A DNA stretch of 42,987 nt from Nemertoderma westbladi (GCA_032718475.1 JAUCBJ010002533.1:1-42987); one strand, 5' to 3'; shown: positions 1 through 14,599, counted from the first letter of the stretch. Notes: generated by a model from the sequence alone, not told the origin. Translations and numbers: made by a program.

Positions 1-3000
1 TTGTGCAATGTTATAATGAATAAATACCTGAATTAATTATGCAATGTTATAATGAATCAATACCTGAATTAATTATGCAATGTTATAATGAATCAATGCC
101 TGAATTAATTATGCAATGTTATAATGAATAAATACTTGAATTAATTGTGCAATGTTATAATGAATAAATACCTGAATTAATTTATGCAATGTTATAATGA
201 ATCAATACCTGAATTAATTATGCAATGTTATAATGGATCAATACCTGAATTAATTATGCAATGTTAGAATGAATCAATACCTGAATTAATTATGCAATGT
301 TATAATGAATAAATACTTGAATTAATTGTGCAATGTTAGAATGAATCAATACCTGAATTAATTTATGCAATGTTATAATGAATAAATACTTGAATTAATT
401 GTGCAATGTTATAATGAATAAATACCTGAATTAATTTATGCAATGTTATAATGAATAAATACTTGAATTAATTGTGCAATGTTAGAATGAATCAATACCT
501 GAATTAATTATGCAATGTTATAATGAATAAATACTTGAATTAATTGTGCAATGTTAGAATGAATCAATACCTGAATTAATTTATGCAATGTTATAATGAA
601 TAAATACTTGAATTAATTGTGCAATGTTAGAATGAATCAATACCTGAATTAATTTATGCAATGTTATAATGAATAAATACCTGAATTAATTTATGCAATG
701 TTATAATGAATCAATACCTGAATTAATTATGCAATGTTAGAATGAATCAATACCTGAATTAATTATGCAATGTTAGAATGAATCAATACCTGAATTAATT
801 ATGCAATGTTATAATGAATAAATACTTGAATTAATTGTGCAATGTTATAATGAATAAATACCTGAATTAATTTATGCAATGTTATAATGAATCAATACCT
901 GAATTAATTATGCAATGTTATAATGGATCAATACCTGAATTAATTATGCAATGTTAGAATGAATCAATACCTGAATTAATTATGCAATGTTATAATGAAT
1001 AAATACTTGAATTAATTGTGCAATGTTATAATGGATCAATACCTGAATTAATTATGCAATGTTAGAATGAATCAATACCTGAATTAATTATGCAATGTTA
1101 TAATGAATAAATACTTGAATTAATTGTGCAATGTTATAATGAATAAATACCTGAATTAATTTATGCAATGTTAGAATGAATCAATACCTGAATTAATTAT
1201 GCAATGTTATAATGAATAAATACTTGAATTAATTATGCAATGTTATAATGGATCAATACCTGAATTAATTATGCAATGTTAGAATGAATCAATACCTGAA
1301 TTAATTATGCAATGTTATAATGAATAAATACTTGAATTAATTGTGCAATGTTATAATGAATAAATACCTGAATTAATTTATGCAATGTTATAATGAATCA
1401 ATACCTGAATTAATTATGCAATGTTAGAATGAATCAATACCTGAATTAATTATGCAATGTTATAATGAATAAATACTTGAATTAATTGTGCAATGTTATA
1501 ATGAATAAATACCTGAATTAATTATGCAATGTTATAATGTATCAATACCTGAATTAATTTATGCAATGTTATAATGAATCAATACCTGAATTAATTATGC
1601 AATGTTATAATGGATCAATACCTGAATTAATTATGCAATGTTAGAATGAATCAATACCTGAATTAATTATGCAATGTTATAATGAATAAATACTTGAATT
1701 AATTGTGCAATGTTATAATGAATAAATACCTGAATTAATTTATGCAATGTTATAATGAATCAATACCTGAATTAATTATGCAATGTTATAATGAATAAAT
1801 ACTTGAATTAATTGTGCAATGTTATAATGAATAAATACCTGAATTAATTTATGCAATGTTATAATGAATCAATACCTGAATTAATTGTGCAATGTTATAA
1901 TGAATAAATACCTGAATTAATTTATGCAATGTTATAATGAATCAATACCTGAATTAATTATGCAATGTTATAATGAATAAATACCTGAATTAATTTATGC
2001 AATGTTATAATGAATCAATACCTGAATTAATTATGCAATGTTATAATGGATCAATACCTGAATTAATTATGCAATGTTAGAATGAATCAATACCTGAATT
2101 AATTATGCAATGTTATAATGAATAAATACTTGAATTAATTGTGCAATGTTATAATGAATAAATACCTGAATTAATTTATGCAATGTTATAATGAATCAAT
2201 ACCTGAATTAATTATGCAATGTTATAATGGATCAATACCTGAATTAATTGTGCAATGTTGTAATAAATCAATACCTTTATTAATTATGCAATGTTATAAT
2301 GAATCAATACCTGAATTAATTATGCAATGTTATAATGGATCAATACCTGAATTAATTATGCAATGTTAGAATGAATCAATACCTGAATTAATTATGCAAT
2401 GTTATAATGAATAAATACTTGAATTAATTGTGCAATGTTATAATGAATAAATACCTGAATTAATTATGCAATGTTATAATGAATCAATACCTGAATTAAT
2501 TTATGCAATGTTAGAATGAATCAATACCTGAATTAATTGTGCAATGTTGTAATAAATCAATACCTGAATTAATTATGCAATGTTATAATGGATCAATACC
2601 TGAATTAATTGTGCAATGTTGTAATAAATCAATACCTTTATTAATTATGCAATGTTATAATGAATAAATACTTGAATTAATTGTGCAATGTTATAATGAA
2701 TAAATACCTGAATTAATTTATGCAATGTTATAATGAATCAATACCTGAATTAATTATGCAATGTTATAATGGATCAATACCTGAATTAATTGTGCAATGT
2801 TGTAATAAATCAATACCTTTATTAATTATGCAATGTTATAATGAATCAATACCTGAATTAATTTATGCAATGTTATAATGAATAAATACCTGAATTAATT
2901 ATGCAATGTTATAATGAATCAATACCTGAAATAATTTATGCAATGTTATAATGAATAAATACCTGAATTAATTATGCAATGTTATAATGAATCAATACCT

Positions 3001-6000
3001 GAAATAATTTATGCAATGTTATAATGAATCAATACCTGAATTAATTATGCAATGTTATAATGAATCAATACCTGAATTAATTATGCAATGTTATAATGAA
3101 TCAATACCTGAAATAATTTATGCAATGTTATAATGAATCAATACCTGAATTAATTATGCAATGTTATAATGAATCAATGCCTGAATTAATTATGCAATGT
3201 TATAATGAATCAATACCTGAATTAATTATGCAATGTTATAATGAATAAATACTTGAATTAATTGTGCAATGTTAGAATGAATCAATACCTGAATTAATTT
3301 ATGCAATGTTATAATGAATCAATACCTGAATTAATTATGCAATGTTATAATGGATCAATACCTGAATTAATTATGCAATGTTATAATGTATCAATACCTG
3401 AATTAATTATGCAATGTTATAATGAATCAATGCCTGAATTAATTATGCAATGTTATAATGAATAAATACTTGAATTAATTGTGCAATGTTAGAATGAATC
3501 AATACCTGAATTAATTTATGCAATGTTATAATGAATCAATACCTGAATTAATTATGCAATGTTATAATGGATCAATACCTGAATTAATTATGCAATGTTA
3601 TAATGAATCAATACCTGAATTAATTATGCAATGTTAGAATGAATCAATACCTGAATTAATTATGCAATGTTATAATGAATAAATACTTGAATTAATTGTG
3701 CAATGTTAGAATGAATCAATACCTGAATTAATTTATGCAATGTTATAATGAATCAATGCCTGAATTAATTATGCAATGTTATAATGAATAAATACTTGAA
3801 TTAATTGTGCAATGTTAGAATGAATCAATACCTGAATTAATTTATGCAATGTTATAATGAATCAATACCTGAATTAATTTATGCAATGTTATAATGAATC
3901 CAATACCTGAATTAATTATGCAATGATATAATGAATAAATACTTGAATTAATTGTGCAATGTTATAATGTATCAATACCTGAATTAATTATGCAATGTTA
4001 GAATGAATCAATACCTGAATTAATTTATGCAATGTTATAATGAATCAATGCCTGAATTAATTATGCAATGTTATAATGAATAAATACTTGAATTAATTGT
4101 GCAATGTTAGAATGAATCAATACCTGAATTAATTTATGCAATGTTATAATGAATCAATGCCTGAATTAATTGTGCAATGTTATAATGAATCAATACCTGA
4201 ATTAATTTATGCAATGTTATAATGAATAAATACTTGAATTAATTGTGCAATGTTGTAATGAATAAATACCTGAATTAATTTATGCAATGTTATAATGAAT
4301 AAATACCTGAATTAATTTATGCAATGTTATAATGTATCAATACCTGAATTAATTATGCAATGTTAGAATGAATCAATACCTGAATTAATTTATGCAATGT
4401 TATAATGAATCAATGCCTGAATTAATTATGCAATGTTATAATGAATAAATACCTGAATTAATTATGCAATGTTATAATGAATAAATACCTGAATTAATTG
4501 TGCAATGTTATAATGAATAAATACCTGAATTAATTTATGCAATGTTATAATGAATCAATACCTGAATTAATTATGCAATGTTATAATGAATAAATACTTG
4601 AATTAATTGTGCAATGTTATAATGAATAAATACCTGAATTAATTTATGCAATGTTATAATGAATCAATACCTGAATTAATTGTGCAATGTTATAATGAAT
4701 AAATACCTGAATTAATTTATGCAATGTTATAATGAATCAATACCTGAATTAATTATGCAATGTTATAATGAATAAATACCTGAATTAATTTATGCAATGT
4801 TATAATGAATCAATACCTGAATTAATTATGCAATGTTATAATGGATCAATACCTGAATTAATTATGCAATGTTAGAATGAATCAATACCTGAATTAATTA
4901 TGCAATGTTATAATGAATAAATACTTGAATTAATTGTGCAATGTTATAATGAATAAATACCTGAATTAATTTATGCAATGTTATAATGAATCAATACCTG
5001 AATTAATTATGCAATGTTATAATGGATCAATACCTGAATTAATTGTGCAATGTTGTAATAAATCAAAACCTTTATTAATTATGCAATGTTATAATGAATC
5101 AATACCTGAATTAATTATGCAATGTTATAATGGATCAATACCTGAATTAATTATGCAATGTTAGAATGAATCAATACCTGAATTAATTATGCAATGTTAT
5201 AATGAATAAATACTTGAATTAATTGTGCAATGTTATAATGAATAAATACCTGAATTAATTATGCAATGTTATAATGAATCAATACCTGAATTAATTTATG
5301 CAATGTTAGAATGAATCAATACCTGAATTAATTGTGCAATGTTGTAATAAATCAATACCTGAATTAATTATGCAATGTTATAATGGATCAATACCTGAAT
5401 TAATTGTGCAATGTTGTAATAAATCAATACCTTTATTAATTATGCAATGTTATAATGAATAAATACTTGAATTAATTGTGCAATGTTATAATGAATAAAT
5501 ACCTGAATTAATTTATGCAATGTTATAATGAATCAATACCTGAATTAATTATGCAATGTTATAATGGATCAATACCTGAATTAATTGTGCAATGTTGTAA
5601 TAAATCAATACCTTTATTAATTATGCAATGTTATAATGAATCAATACCTGAATTAATTTATGCAATGTTATAATGAATAAATACCTGAATTAATTATGCA
5701 ATGTTATAATGAATCAATACCTGAAATAATTTATGCAATGTTATAATGAATAAATACCTGAATTAATTATGCAATGTTATAATGAATCAATACCTGAAAT
5801 AATTTATGCAATGTTATAATGAATCAATACCTGAATTAATTATGCAATGTTATAATGAATCAATACCTGAATTAATTATGCAATGTTATAATGAATCAAT
5901 ACCTGAAATAATTTATGCAATGTTATAATGAATCAATACCTGAATTAATTATGCAATGTTATAATGAATCAATGCCTGAATTAATTATGCAATGTTATAA

Positions 6001-8375
6001 TGAATCAATACCTGAATTAATTATGCAATGTTATAATGAATAAATACTTGAATTAATTGTGCAATGTTAGAATGAATCAATACCTGAATTAATTTATGCA
6101 ATGTTATAATGAATCAATACCTGAATTAATTATGCAATGTTATAATGGATCAATACCTGAATTAATTGTGCAATGTTATAATGAATCAATACCTGAATTA
6201 ATTATGCAATGTTATAATGAATCAATGCCTGAATTAATTATGCAATGTTATAATGAATAAATACTTGAATTAATTGTGCAATGTTAGAATGAATCAATAC
6301 CTGAATTAATTTATGCAATGTTATAATGTATCAATACCTGAATTAATTATGCAATGTTAGAATGAATCAATACCTGAATTAATTTATGCAATGTTATAAT
6401 GAATCAATGCCTGAATTAATTATGCAATGTTATAATGAATAAATACCTGAATTAATTATGCAATGTTATAATGAATAAATACTTGAATTAATTATGCAAT
6501 GTTATAATGAATCAATACCTGAATTAATTTATGCAATGTTATAATGAATAAATACTTGAATTAATTGTGCAATGTTGTAATGAATAAATACCTGAATTAA
6601 TTTATGCAATGTTATAATGTATCAATACCTGAATTAATTATGCAATGTTAGAATGAATCAATACCTGAATTAATTTATGCAATGTTATAATGAATCAATG
6701 CCTGAATTAATTATGCAATGTTATAATGAATAAATACCTGAATTAATTATGCAATGTTATAATGAATAAATACTTGAATTAATTATGCAATGTTATAATG
6801 AATCAATACCTGAATTAATTTATGCAATGTTATAATGAATAAATACTTGAATTAATTGTGCAATGTTGTAATGAATAAATACCTGAATTAATTTATGCAA
6901 TGTTAGAATGAATCAATACCTGAATTAATTTATGCAATGTTATAATGAATCAATACCTGAATTAATTTATGCAATGTTATAATGAATCAATGCCTGAATT
7001 AATTATGCAATGTTATAATGAATAAATACTTGAATTAATTGTGCAATGTTGTAATGAATAAATACCTGAATTAATTATGCAATGTTATAATGAATAAATA
7101 CTTGAATTAATTATGCAATGTTATAATGAATCAATACCTGAATTAATTTATGCAATGTTATAATGAATAAATACTTGAATTAATTGTGCAATGTTGTAAT
7201 GAATAAATACCTGAATTAATTTATGCAATGTTAGAATGAATCAATACCTGAATTAATTTATGCAATGTTATAATGAATCAATACCTGAATTAATTTATGC
7301 AATGTTATAATGAATCAATACCTGAATTAATTATGCAATGTTATAATGAATCAATACCTGAATTAATTTATGCAATGTTATAATGAATCAATACCTGAAT
7401 TAATTATGCAATGTTAGAATGAATCAATACCTGAATTAATTGTGCAATGTTGTAATAAATCAATACCTGAATTAATTTATGCAATGTTATAATGAATAAA
7501 TACCTGAATTAATTTTTCAATGTTGTAATGTATCAATACCTGAATTAATTATGCAATGTTATAATGTATCAATACCTGAATTAATTATGCAATGTTATAA
7601 TGAATCAATACCTGAATTAATTTATGCAATGTTAGAATGAATCAATACCTGAATTAATTTATGCAATGTTATAATGAATCAATACCTGAAGTAATTTACG
7701 CAATGTTATAATGAATCAATACCTGAATTAATTTATGCAATGTTATAATGAATCAATGCCTGAATTAATTATGCAATGTTATAATGTATCAATACCTGAA
7801 TTAATTATGCAATGTTATAATGAATCAATACCTGAATTAATTTATGCAATGTTAGAATGAATCAATACCTGAATTAATTTATGCAATGTTATAATGAATC
7901 AATGCCTGAATTAATTATGCAATGTTATAATGAATAAATACTTGAATTAATTGTGCAATGTTATAATGAATCAATACCTGAATTAATTTATGCAATGTTA
8001 TAATGAATCAATACCTGAATTAATTTATGCAATGTTATAATGAATCAATACCTGAATTAATTTATGCAATGTTATAATGAATCCAATACCTGAATTAATT
8101 TATGCAATGTTATAATGAATAAATACCTGAATTAATTTTTCAATGTTGTAATGTATCAATACCTGAATTAATTATGCAATGTTATAATGAATCAATACCT
8201 GAATTAATTATGCAATGTTATAATGTATCAATACCTGAATTAATTATGCAATGTTATAATGAATCAATACCTGAATTAATTTATGCAATGTTATAATGAA
8301 TAAATACCTGAATTAATTTTTCAATGTTGCAATGTATCAATAACTGGATTAATTATTATTCAATGGTATTACGAA
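1..8375. repeat. Satellite array, 36-37-bp unit (consensus TTATGCAATGTTATAATGAATCAATACCTGAATTAA), ~230 copies, probably extending left of the window
   Basis: The tandem unit is directly visible, and the 12-aa periodicity (MQCYNESIPELI) of spurious ORFs confirms the 36-bp period. Units degenerate at ~8310-8375. Confidence 0.99.
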
Positions 8376-9493
8376 TCTATTCCTTACATAATCATGACTT
8401 CCTTTGTTCTGGAATGATGTTAGACAACCACGACTTTAGAGGGGTTGTGATAATAAGTTTTATTAAGTATTATATTATATTATTAAGTATTATTAGTCGT
8501 GGTTGTCTAAAAGCATATAATTATATATTTACAGGGGTATTTCCTGACATCTGCGCAATTTTGTTTGAAAATCTGATCATTTATCTGTACATACCGGTAG
8601 GTGCTAATTGGGGTTGGTTGCATTCAGTGGGGAATCATGTTTATGCATTTGGGGCTGATGGTAACATATATTGGGGGTAGGTGGTTTCAACTCTGTTCGG
8701 TGGTACGGTAGGATTTCTAATTTATTGGTCAATGTCTTAATTTAGTGTTGCAGTTTTGTTAGGGTAGGGGTGGGGTTCGTGGCACGAATCCCAGGGTTCA
8801 GTGTATAAATCTCCGAAACCCTTTTATTTTTATAAAATTTATTACTTAGATTTACCTTTTCGGCGGACAAAATGTCCTAGATTTTTCGTAATTTATGGGA
8901 TAGCCTATTTCGTGCAATACTTACCGGAACCTGTATTTACTGTATGGTTTAGTGTAATTTTTCTTGTGGTAGTTGGGTTGGGTTATGTAGCACTAAAATC
9001 GATTTGGTATTTTGTTTTTTGATGGGCCTTAGTGCCTGAGTACTAACAGTGGCCCGAGTGGCCCTAAATGCTAGGTAGTCTCTGCGGGAATAAGACCCCA
9101 TGTCCTATTTTATTGTTTTTGTTCTGGAAGACCACTTGTGTCAACCTCCAGTAAAGAAGGTTGAAAATTTCTACCAGCATTCCAGCACGCATTCTTAACT
9201 TTCCTGGGTGCCTTTAATGCCAGCCATCATTCCTCAACATCGCCATGCGTCTATGTATGTATGAATGTATGTGTAATATCGACTATTGAGTTCATAAGCA
9301 CTGAATTAGAGCACACAATTGGAATAATTAAACGAATACACAGAAATCTAAATGATATACCAATAAATAGTCCTATGAATGAATATCAATATAATTATTA
9401 TATAGAATAAATTAATTGTCGTTGTGTATGTCAAAATTGAAGTTGTAATACATCCCAACCCTTAATACAACAACCATTTTTAGGGGGTCGGAG

Positions 9494-9517
9494 CCCCCCC
9501 CCCCCCCCCCCCCCCCC
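9494..9517. repeat. Poly-C tract (24 nt)
   Basis: Homopolymer after TAGGGGGTCGGAG. Confidence 0.9.
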
Positions 9518-9870
9518 TTAAATTGATATATAAATATTACAATATTAATGTGGTTAATTGGTACACTAGCCTTCGTTTAGCAACATGGCCCCATCAGCGG
9601 AAAACTGGTATTCGAGGGTCTGTTAAACCAAAACGTGGAGTTTCATTACTAATTCGAGAGTAGAACATCGATCCAATTATCCCTATATTTGCTCGCAATT
9701 AGAGGGGAAACTGACCAGTACTGACAATGAAATTGAGGATAAGATGTCTGTGAATTTTCTTACAACTTTCTGATAAAACAAGATTCAATGGTGCTTAATT
9801 CTCCTCCCATATCATGGATATCCGCTATATTAGTCTCACAGATAGTGTACTATAAGAGGACCCACCACCC

Positions 9871-10290
9871 ATGTCTGAAGATATGTATGAGTTCGGTGGC
9901 CTACCCCTTTCTTGCCATGACATTGAGTCCTTAAACCATGATAACAGGCTTACCGACAACGTAATAGAAGCTGTAATCCACTCTTTCTGTCTCCTTCATG
10001 AAGGCCCTGCTAGAGTTTTCAACTCAAAAATCTGGTATTTTGACTCGTATGGAGGCACAAACCGTAAGGCTATTGACTCCATCAAGGAATGGGCTCTCCT
10101 AATGGCAAAATAATCTAAGTTGCCTCTCCCCCCAATCAAAGTGTGTCCATCGATCAAGCGTGTCCAGTCTAACACGCACCAATGTGGGGTATACATATGC
10201 ACTATTGCGAAATGGTGCCTGGAGGGCTGCCAAACGTCAGTCTTGGTAGATATTAACGACTGCTCTATCAGTTCTTTTCGCTCTCTAACA
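9871..10290 (+). pseudogene. Ulp1/SENP-like (peptidase C48) domain remnant of CRE-like copy 1
   Basis: DIESL..RLTDNVI, IWYFDS and QSNTHQCGVYI match the C48 motifs (LND.VI, YYDS, Q.N..DCG). ORFs 9871 and 10120 share a frame across one TAA (10111-10113). The catalytic His segment appears deleted near 10026. Confidence 0.75.
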
Positions 10291-10650
10291 TATCTGGAGG
10301 TTTCCACGGGAGCTAGTCTGGTCAGATCTGGTTCTGCACTGAACACACACCACCGTGACCATATACTTACCAACATCCTAATCTCAACCCCCGATCCCTT
10401 ACCCAGGTCCACCACCATACATACCCCTGACTCAACAACATCCATCCAGCCATCCATTCAGCACAAACTCCAGACTTCTATTCCCTCCCAACCCTCACCC
10501 TCCCTATCACCCCACACTGAACCTACTATTAACAATATTCACCCCATCTCACCCACCACATCAAACCATATGGCCTTCACACAATCATCCCACGACCCTT
10601 CCACACCTCAAGAACTTCCCCTCCAACATCAAGATGTTATAGCCTCTCGG

Positions 10651-10752
10651 ATAGACAGCCTGAGGTTCTGTGACCTCAAGCTCCACCTCAAAGGCCTTGG
10701 CCTCCCATTGGCAGGGAACAAAGGTACATTAAAGGCCCGACTCATTGAGGCC
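10651..10752 (+). other. SAP DNA-binding motif
   Basis: IDSLRFCDLKLHLKGLGLPLAGNKGTLKARLIEA fits the SAP pattern L...L+..L...GL...G.K..L..RL. Confidence 0.8.
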
Positions 10753-10900
10753 ACAATCCGGTCACCTGATCACATTGGACTGGTTTCTCAACATGAAAAC
10801 CGCATCATTATTGATCCTGCACTCCCATTGGTCCCGTCTATCCCGAATGCACCCACCACAGTCCACATTTCCCTACCATCCATCGAATGCATCCTGGTTG

Positions 10901-11605
10901 CAATTCAATTCAATTCAATTCAATTCAATTCAATTCAATGTTTATTTTTACCCTTCAAATAATAATTCAAAATAACAATAACTCAGTATAAAATAGAAAT
11001 TAACATGAATACATACTATATATGGTAAGTTCTATATAAATGGGTACTGGAGAACAGCCAAATAGCAGTGCTAGTAAACGGCTGCCCACCAGGAGGATGG
11101 GATTATATAAAATGTAAATATATGTAACATTTGATAGAATGGATGTAGTAAGTAGTGGTTTGAAGTAATATTATACTGTAGGGTGTTGCAGATGCAGAAT
11201 AGAGAGGTGAAGAAGAAGATGGCATATAGATAGATAGATACTGTAGGTAAGGTAGAGTAGAAAGTAGATAGATAAGAATAGGAAGGATAGGGACTATGTA
11301 TTAGTATTGCAATAGATTTAGCAATAGATTTATGGTAATTAGTTGGGGCAGACTGCGATTTTTTAACATTTTTTGTTTATACTGTAGGTCTATATATAAA
11401 TGTATTTAGTAATACATAAATTTAATTTGGCGAATGACAGCGAGTTATTTTAGTAGATGGAGATTTAAACAGCAAATATTTTAGTAGACGAATTTGTAAT
11501 ATAATTAAATTAAATTAAATGGTTAAAGTTTAAAACATGGCCCCGTGCCTGGGTATTGTTCATGTAACCTCAAAGAGAGGAAAACGTGGCCCCGCGCCAG
11601 GTGCA
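10901..11605 (-). mobile_element. ~700-bp LINE/SINE-like 3' fragment with AATAAA and a (TTGAA)n tail, inserted in CRE-like copy 1
   Basis: (CAATT)n followed by GTTTATT on + reads as AATAAAC plus a microsatellite tail on -. TGCAA occurs at both junctions (10899-10903, 11602-11606), and excision restores the in-frame sequence ...ECILVA|KIPTLRHIPK. Confidence 0.75.
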
Positions 11606-14599
11606 AAAATACCAACTCTCCGCCACATTCCCAAGGCATGCCGAGATCTCTGGGCTGACGCAGTTGGCAATGTATTTGAATCCATCTCGTGCGATCCTCT
11701 CAATCCTGACCCCTGGGTTCTTGTTTTTCTCCTGGCTCCTTGTATTTTGGCAAACCCCAAAGGGCAGGTCGCACCCACTGGAAGGACTCTGAGAAAACAG
11801 TGAAATCTCGCCTTCGTAAATGGCTCAGCAGAGACATACTTGCCTTATAGGAAGATACCAACCCGAACCGATCCACAGCAAGGAATCCAAAAAGGCCCAA
11901 CAAAAACTCCACAGAGTCAACCCAGGAATCCAATGGCTGACGGACAGTACAGCAAGGCTGCTCAGGAACTCCTATCCGAAGGCTCGGCCGAGATTTCCCA
12001 GGAAACTTTCCTCGACATACTTTGAAAGCACCCACAGGCCCAACCCCCTTCTCCCCCTATTCGCACTGTTCCACCCCTAGCTTCCATATCTACCGTAGGC
12101 ATCGCTAAGGCCATCAAGACATTCCCTCCTGGCTCCTCACCAGGTCCATCCCAACTCCGCCCAACCCACCTAAAAAAGGTCATCTCCACCCCATCCCCTT
12201 CTAAAGCGAACAGAGCGCTTTCTGCCCTTTGCAGTGCAGCAAACTGTATGGCTTCTGGTCAAGTTCCCCCATCAGTTCTCCCTTTTCTCAGTGGGGCCTC
12301 CTTGTTCCCGTGCTTGAAAAAGGGGGGCAGGCTGCGCCCAATCGCCGTGGGTGAAACCACGAGAAGATTGGTATCCAAGTGCCTTGCTGCTTCCGTCAGT
12401 GCATCTGCTTCCACACTTCCCTCTCCCATTCAGGTCGGGGTAGCCACACCAAATGGCTGCAAAGCCATAGTTAGGGCCGTCTCCTCCTCTTTGGAGGACT
12501 CCTCCAACCCTGCGGACATCAAGTGGGTCCTCCTTGTGGATTTCAGTAATGCCTTTAATTGCATCGACCGTTCCCACATGACCAACAGGGGGACCCTCTG
12601 GGCCCTCTAGCGTTTGCCCTAACGGTCCACCCCGTCTCAAAGATGATTAGGGAGGAAGTCCTGGGTTTGCTAATCAATGTACGGTACCGCGACAATGGCA
12701 CCATTTGTGGTTCCCCAGAGGACCTGCTGAAAGCCCTGGGGATTCTTGAACGTGAAGGTTACTCTAGGGGGCTTGTTCTAAACCATTCAAAATCGCAAAT
12801 CTTCATACCCGAGCTGTCAACCCTACTTTCAAACCCCCTTCCACCCTCCATCCCCGTGCTCTCAATGGGCCTTACCCTCCTCGGCTCCCCTATAGGCCCC
12901 GCATCCTACTGCGAGGCTTCTTTATTAAATAGAATCAACAAGGTGAGAGCTATCATTGAATGGCTACCTGATCTCCAGGACTCTCAAATGGAGATGACTC
13001 TCCTCCGTTCCTGTTTTTCTCTCCCCAAGGTGGTTTTTACGTTGCGATGCTGCCCCCCTAGCCTCATACCCTCTGCCTTCTCCCAGTTTGATACCATGTT
13101 ACAAGATGCCCTGTCCGACCTGGTAGGGGGTTCTCTTTCTACCTGGTCAGCCGATAAGGCCTGTCTCCCTACTTCCATGGGGGGAATTGGTCTGCGTAGG
13201 GCATCTGATCATGCACCTGCAGCCTACATTGCTTCGGTCAGCCAAACCGAACCACTGGTGTCGCAAATACTGCATCATCCCCCTGTTAACCCCCTTATCA
13301 CATCAGCCCTCGCTTCTCTGGCAAAGAACGCCAAAGAGCCGGACTGGCTCTGAATGCTGGACTGAATGATACATGATACATATGAAATATAACATTTCTT
13401 ATTGCAATAGGACATATGGGGCATGGCATTTTAGGTTCATTTGGTTTTAACTGCAAATAAATAACTTGATAAGAAAGTCATTAGGGGGCAAACCCATTTG
13501 AGAAAAAAGTGAGCCTTTTCTGACCTCAAAGCATTAGAATATTTAGTAAGAATAGCATATGTATGGTAATTTGAGAATTTACCATATCAATGATATTATA
13601 TTGAATCACCTCAAAGTGACAATATAAAGACCCCCAATCAAAACTTAGATTATATTTACTTTTCATCAGTTGAGTGAGAGATGTACAAATTACTAATGCA
13701 TTGTGTCGACTCACGAAGCATAATGATAATATATATCTTATTCAATTATGAGAATACAATACAAATAAATATTGACCTCTAATATAGAATTATAAAATCA
13801 TGCAGCCATGGGTTTATATATGATTGGTTTGGTCCTGGAATTGGATTGGTAATGATTGGTTGGTATATGATGGATTTGGTTTTTCATGGGTTTATTATAA
13901 ATGATTCAATGACACATTCGAAATACAATGGTAAAAATGAAAATGTAACTGGAGTTCGTGACTTTCGATTATTGAATTTTGATTTGGTTAGAATAACCTT
14001 CCACTTTAACCTGTTTCCCTAATTAATAAATTTTTAACATAAATTAGCTTTAATAATGGTTGTTGGCGCTGGTCGTAGCGTTTACACCCGATTATAGGTA
14101 AAGTTGTATATATTGATATAATGAGAAAACTATTGAATGTATCTACAATCGGAATACAGCGTTAGAAGTGCATTGTATAGGCGAGCATTTCTTACCTAAA
14201 AGTTTTTTACATATCTGTTATAGTTTTCATATCAGTCAGACATGTGCGATGGAAAGAACAAACTTTTTTAGTAAAGTGTGAATTAACGAGGCTGTCATCC
14301 ACAATATGGATTGTTATATATCATTGGAAGCCCGTAACCAAACTGTACATTCATATTATAATAAAATTGAGTTAACAATGAGTTAACAATGAGTCACAAT
14401 GAGTCATCTTCAAATTAGGGAATCAGACATTGGACGATATTATCTTCTATACCGGTATCTCCCTATTGCGTCAGAATCTCTTTTAATCTAATTGAAAAAC
14501 TCCAGTAAACGTTTTTTAGTTTAAAAGTTTCAGTCTAAAATGCTTAGAAATAATTTTACCAAAATCCGATCTTTCGATCATATCGGAGATCAGATTTCG

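Larger units (their letters stand above)
9871..13353 (+). mobile_element. Decayed CRE-clade-like non-LTR retrotransposon (Ulp1 - low-complexity linker - SAP - RT), 3'-truncated and interrupted at 10901-11605
   Basis: RT motifs GSSPGPSQLRPTHL, KKGGRLRPIAVGETTRRLVSKC, QVGVATPNG, VDFSNAFN, QQGDPLGPLAFAL, LLGSPIG and LPTSMGGIGLR match my recollection of CRE-type RTs. The YxDD site is degraded to YRDN, and there are stops, frameshifts and a deletion before QQGDP. Confidence 0.8.

Noticed and set aside
2178-5164. 63-aa ORFs MQCYNESIPELI...
   Set aside because: These are chance open frames in satellite DNA, broken by 37-bp units and TAA/TAG variants.
1-8375. CRISPR-like 36-bp periodicity
   Set aside because: The units are directly adjacent with no unique spacers, no cas genes are present, and the context is eukaryotic.
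9120-9170. Possible LTR end and PBS on the minus strand (..GACACA AG TGGTCTTCCAG)
   Set aside because: No second LTR or recognisable gag follows, and I cannot verify the tRNA match.
9871-10900. Host SENP gene or Zisupton transposon as the source of Ulp1 plus SAP
   Set aside because: There are no introns and no SWIM or KDZ transposase motifs, and the frame continues into the CRE-like RT region. Not formally excluded without a family consensus.
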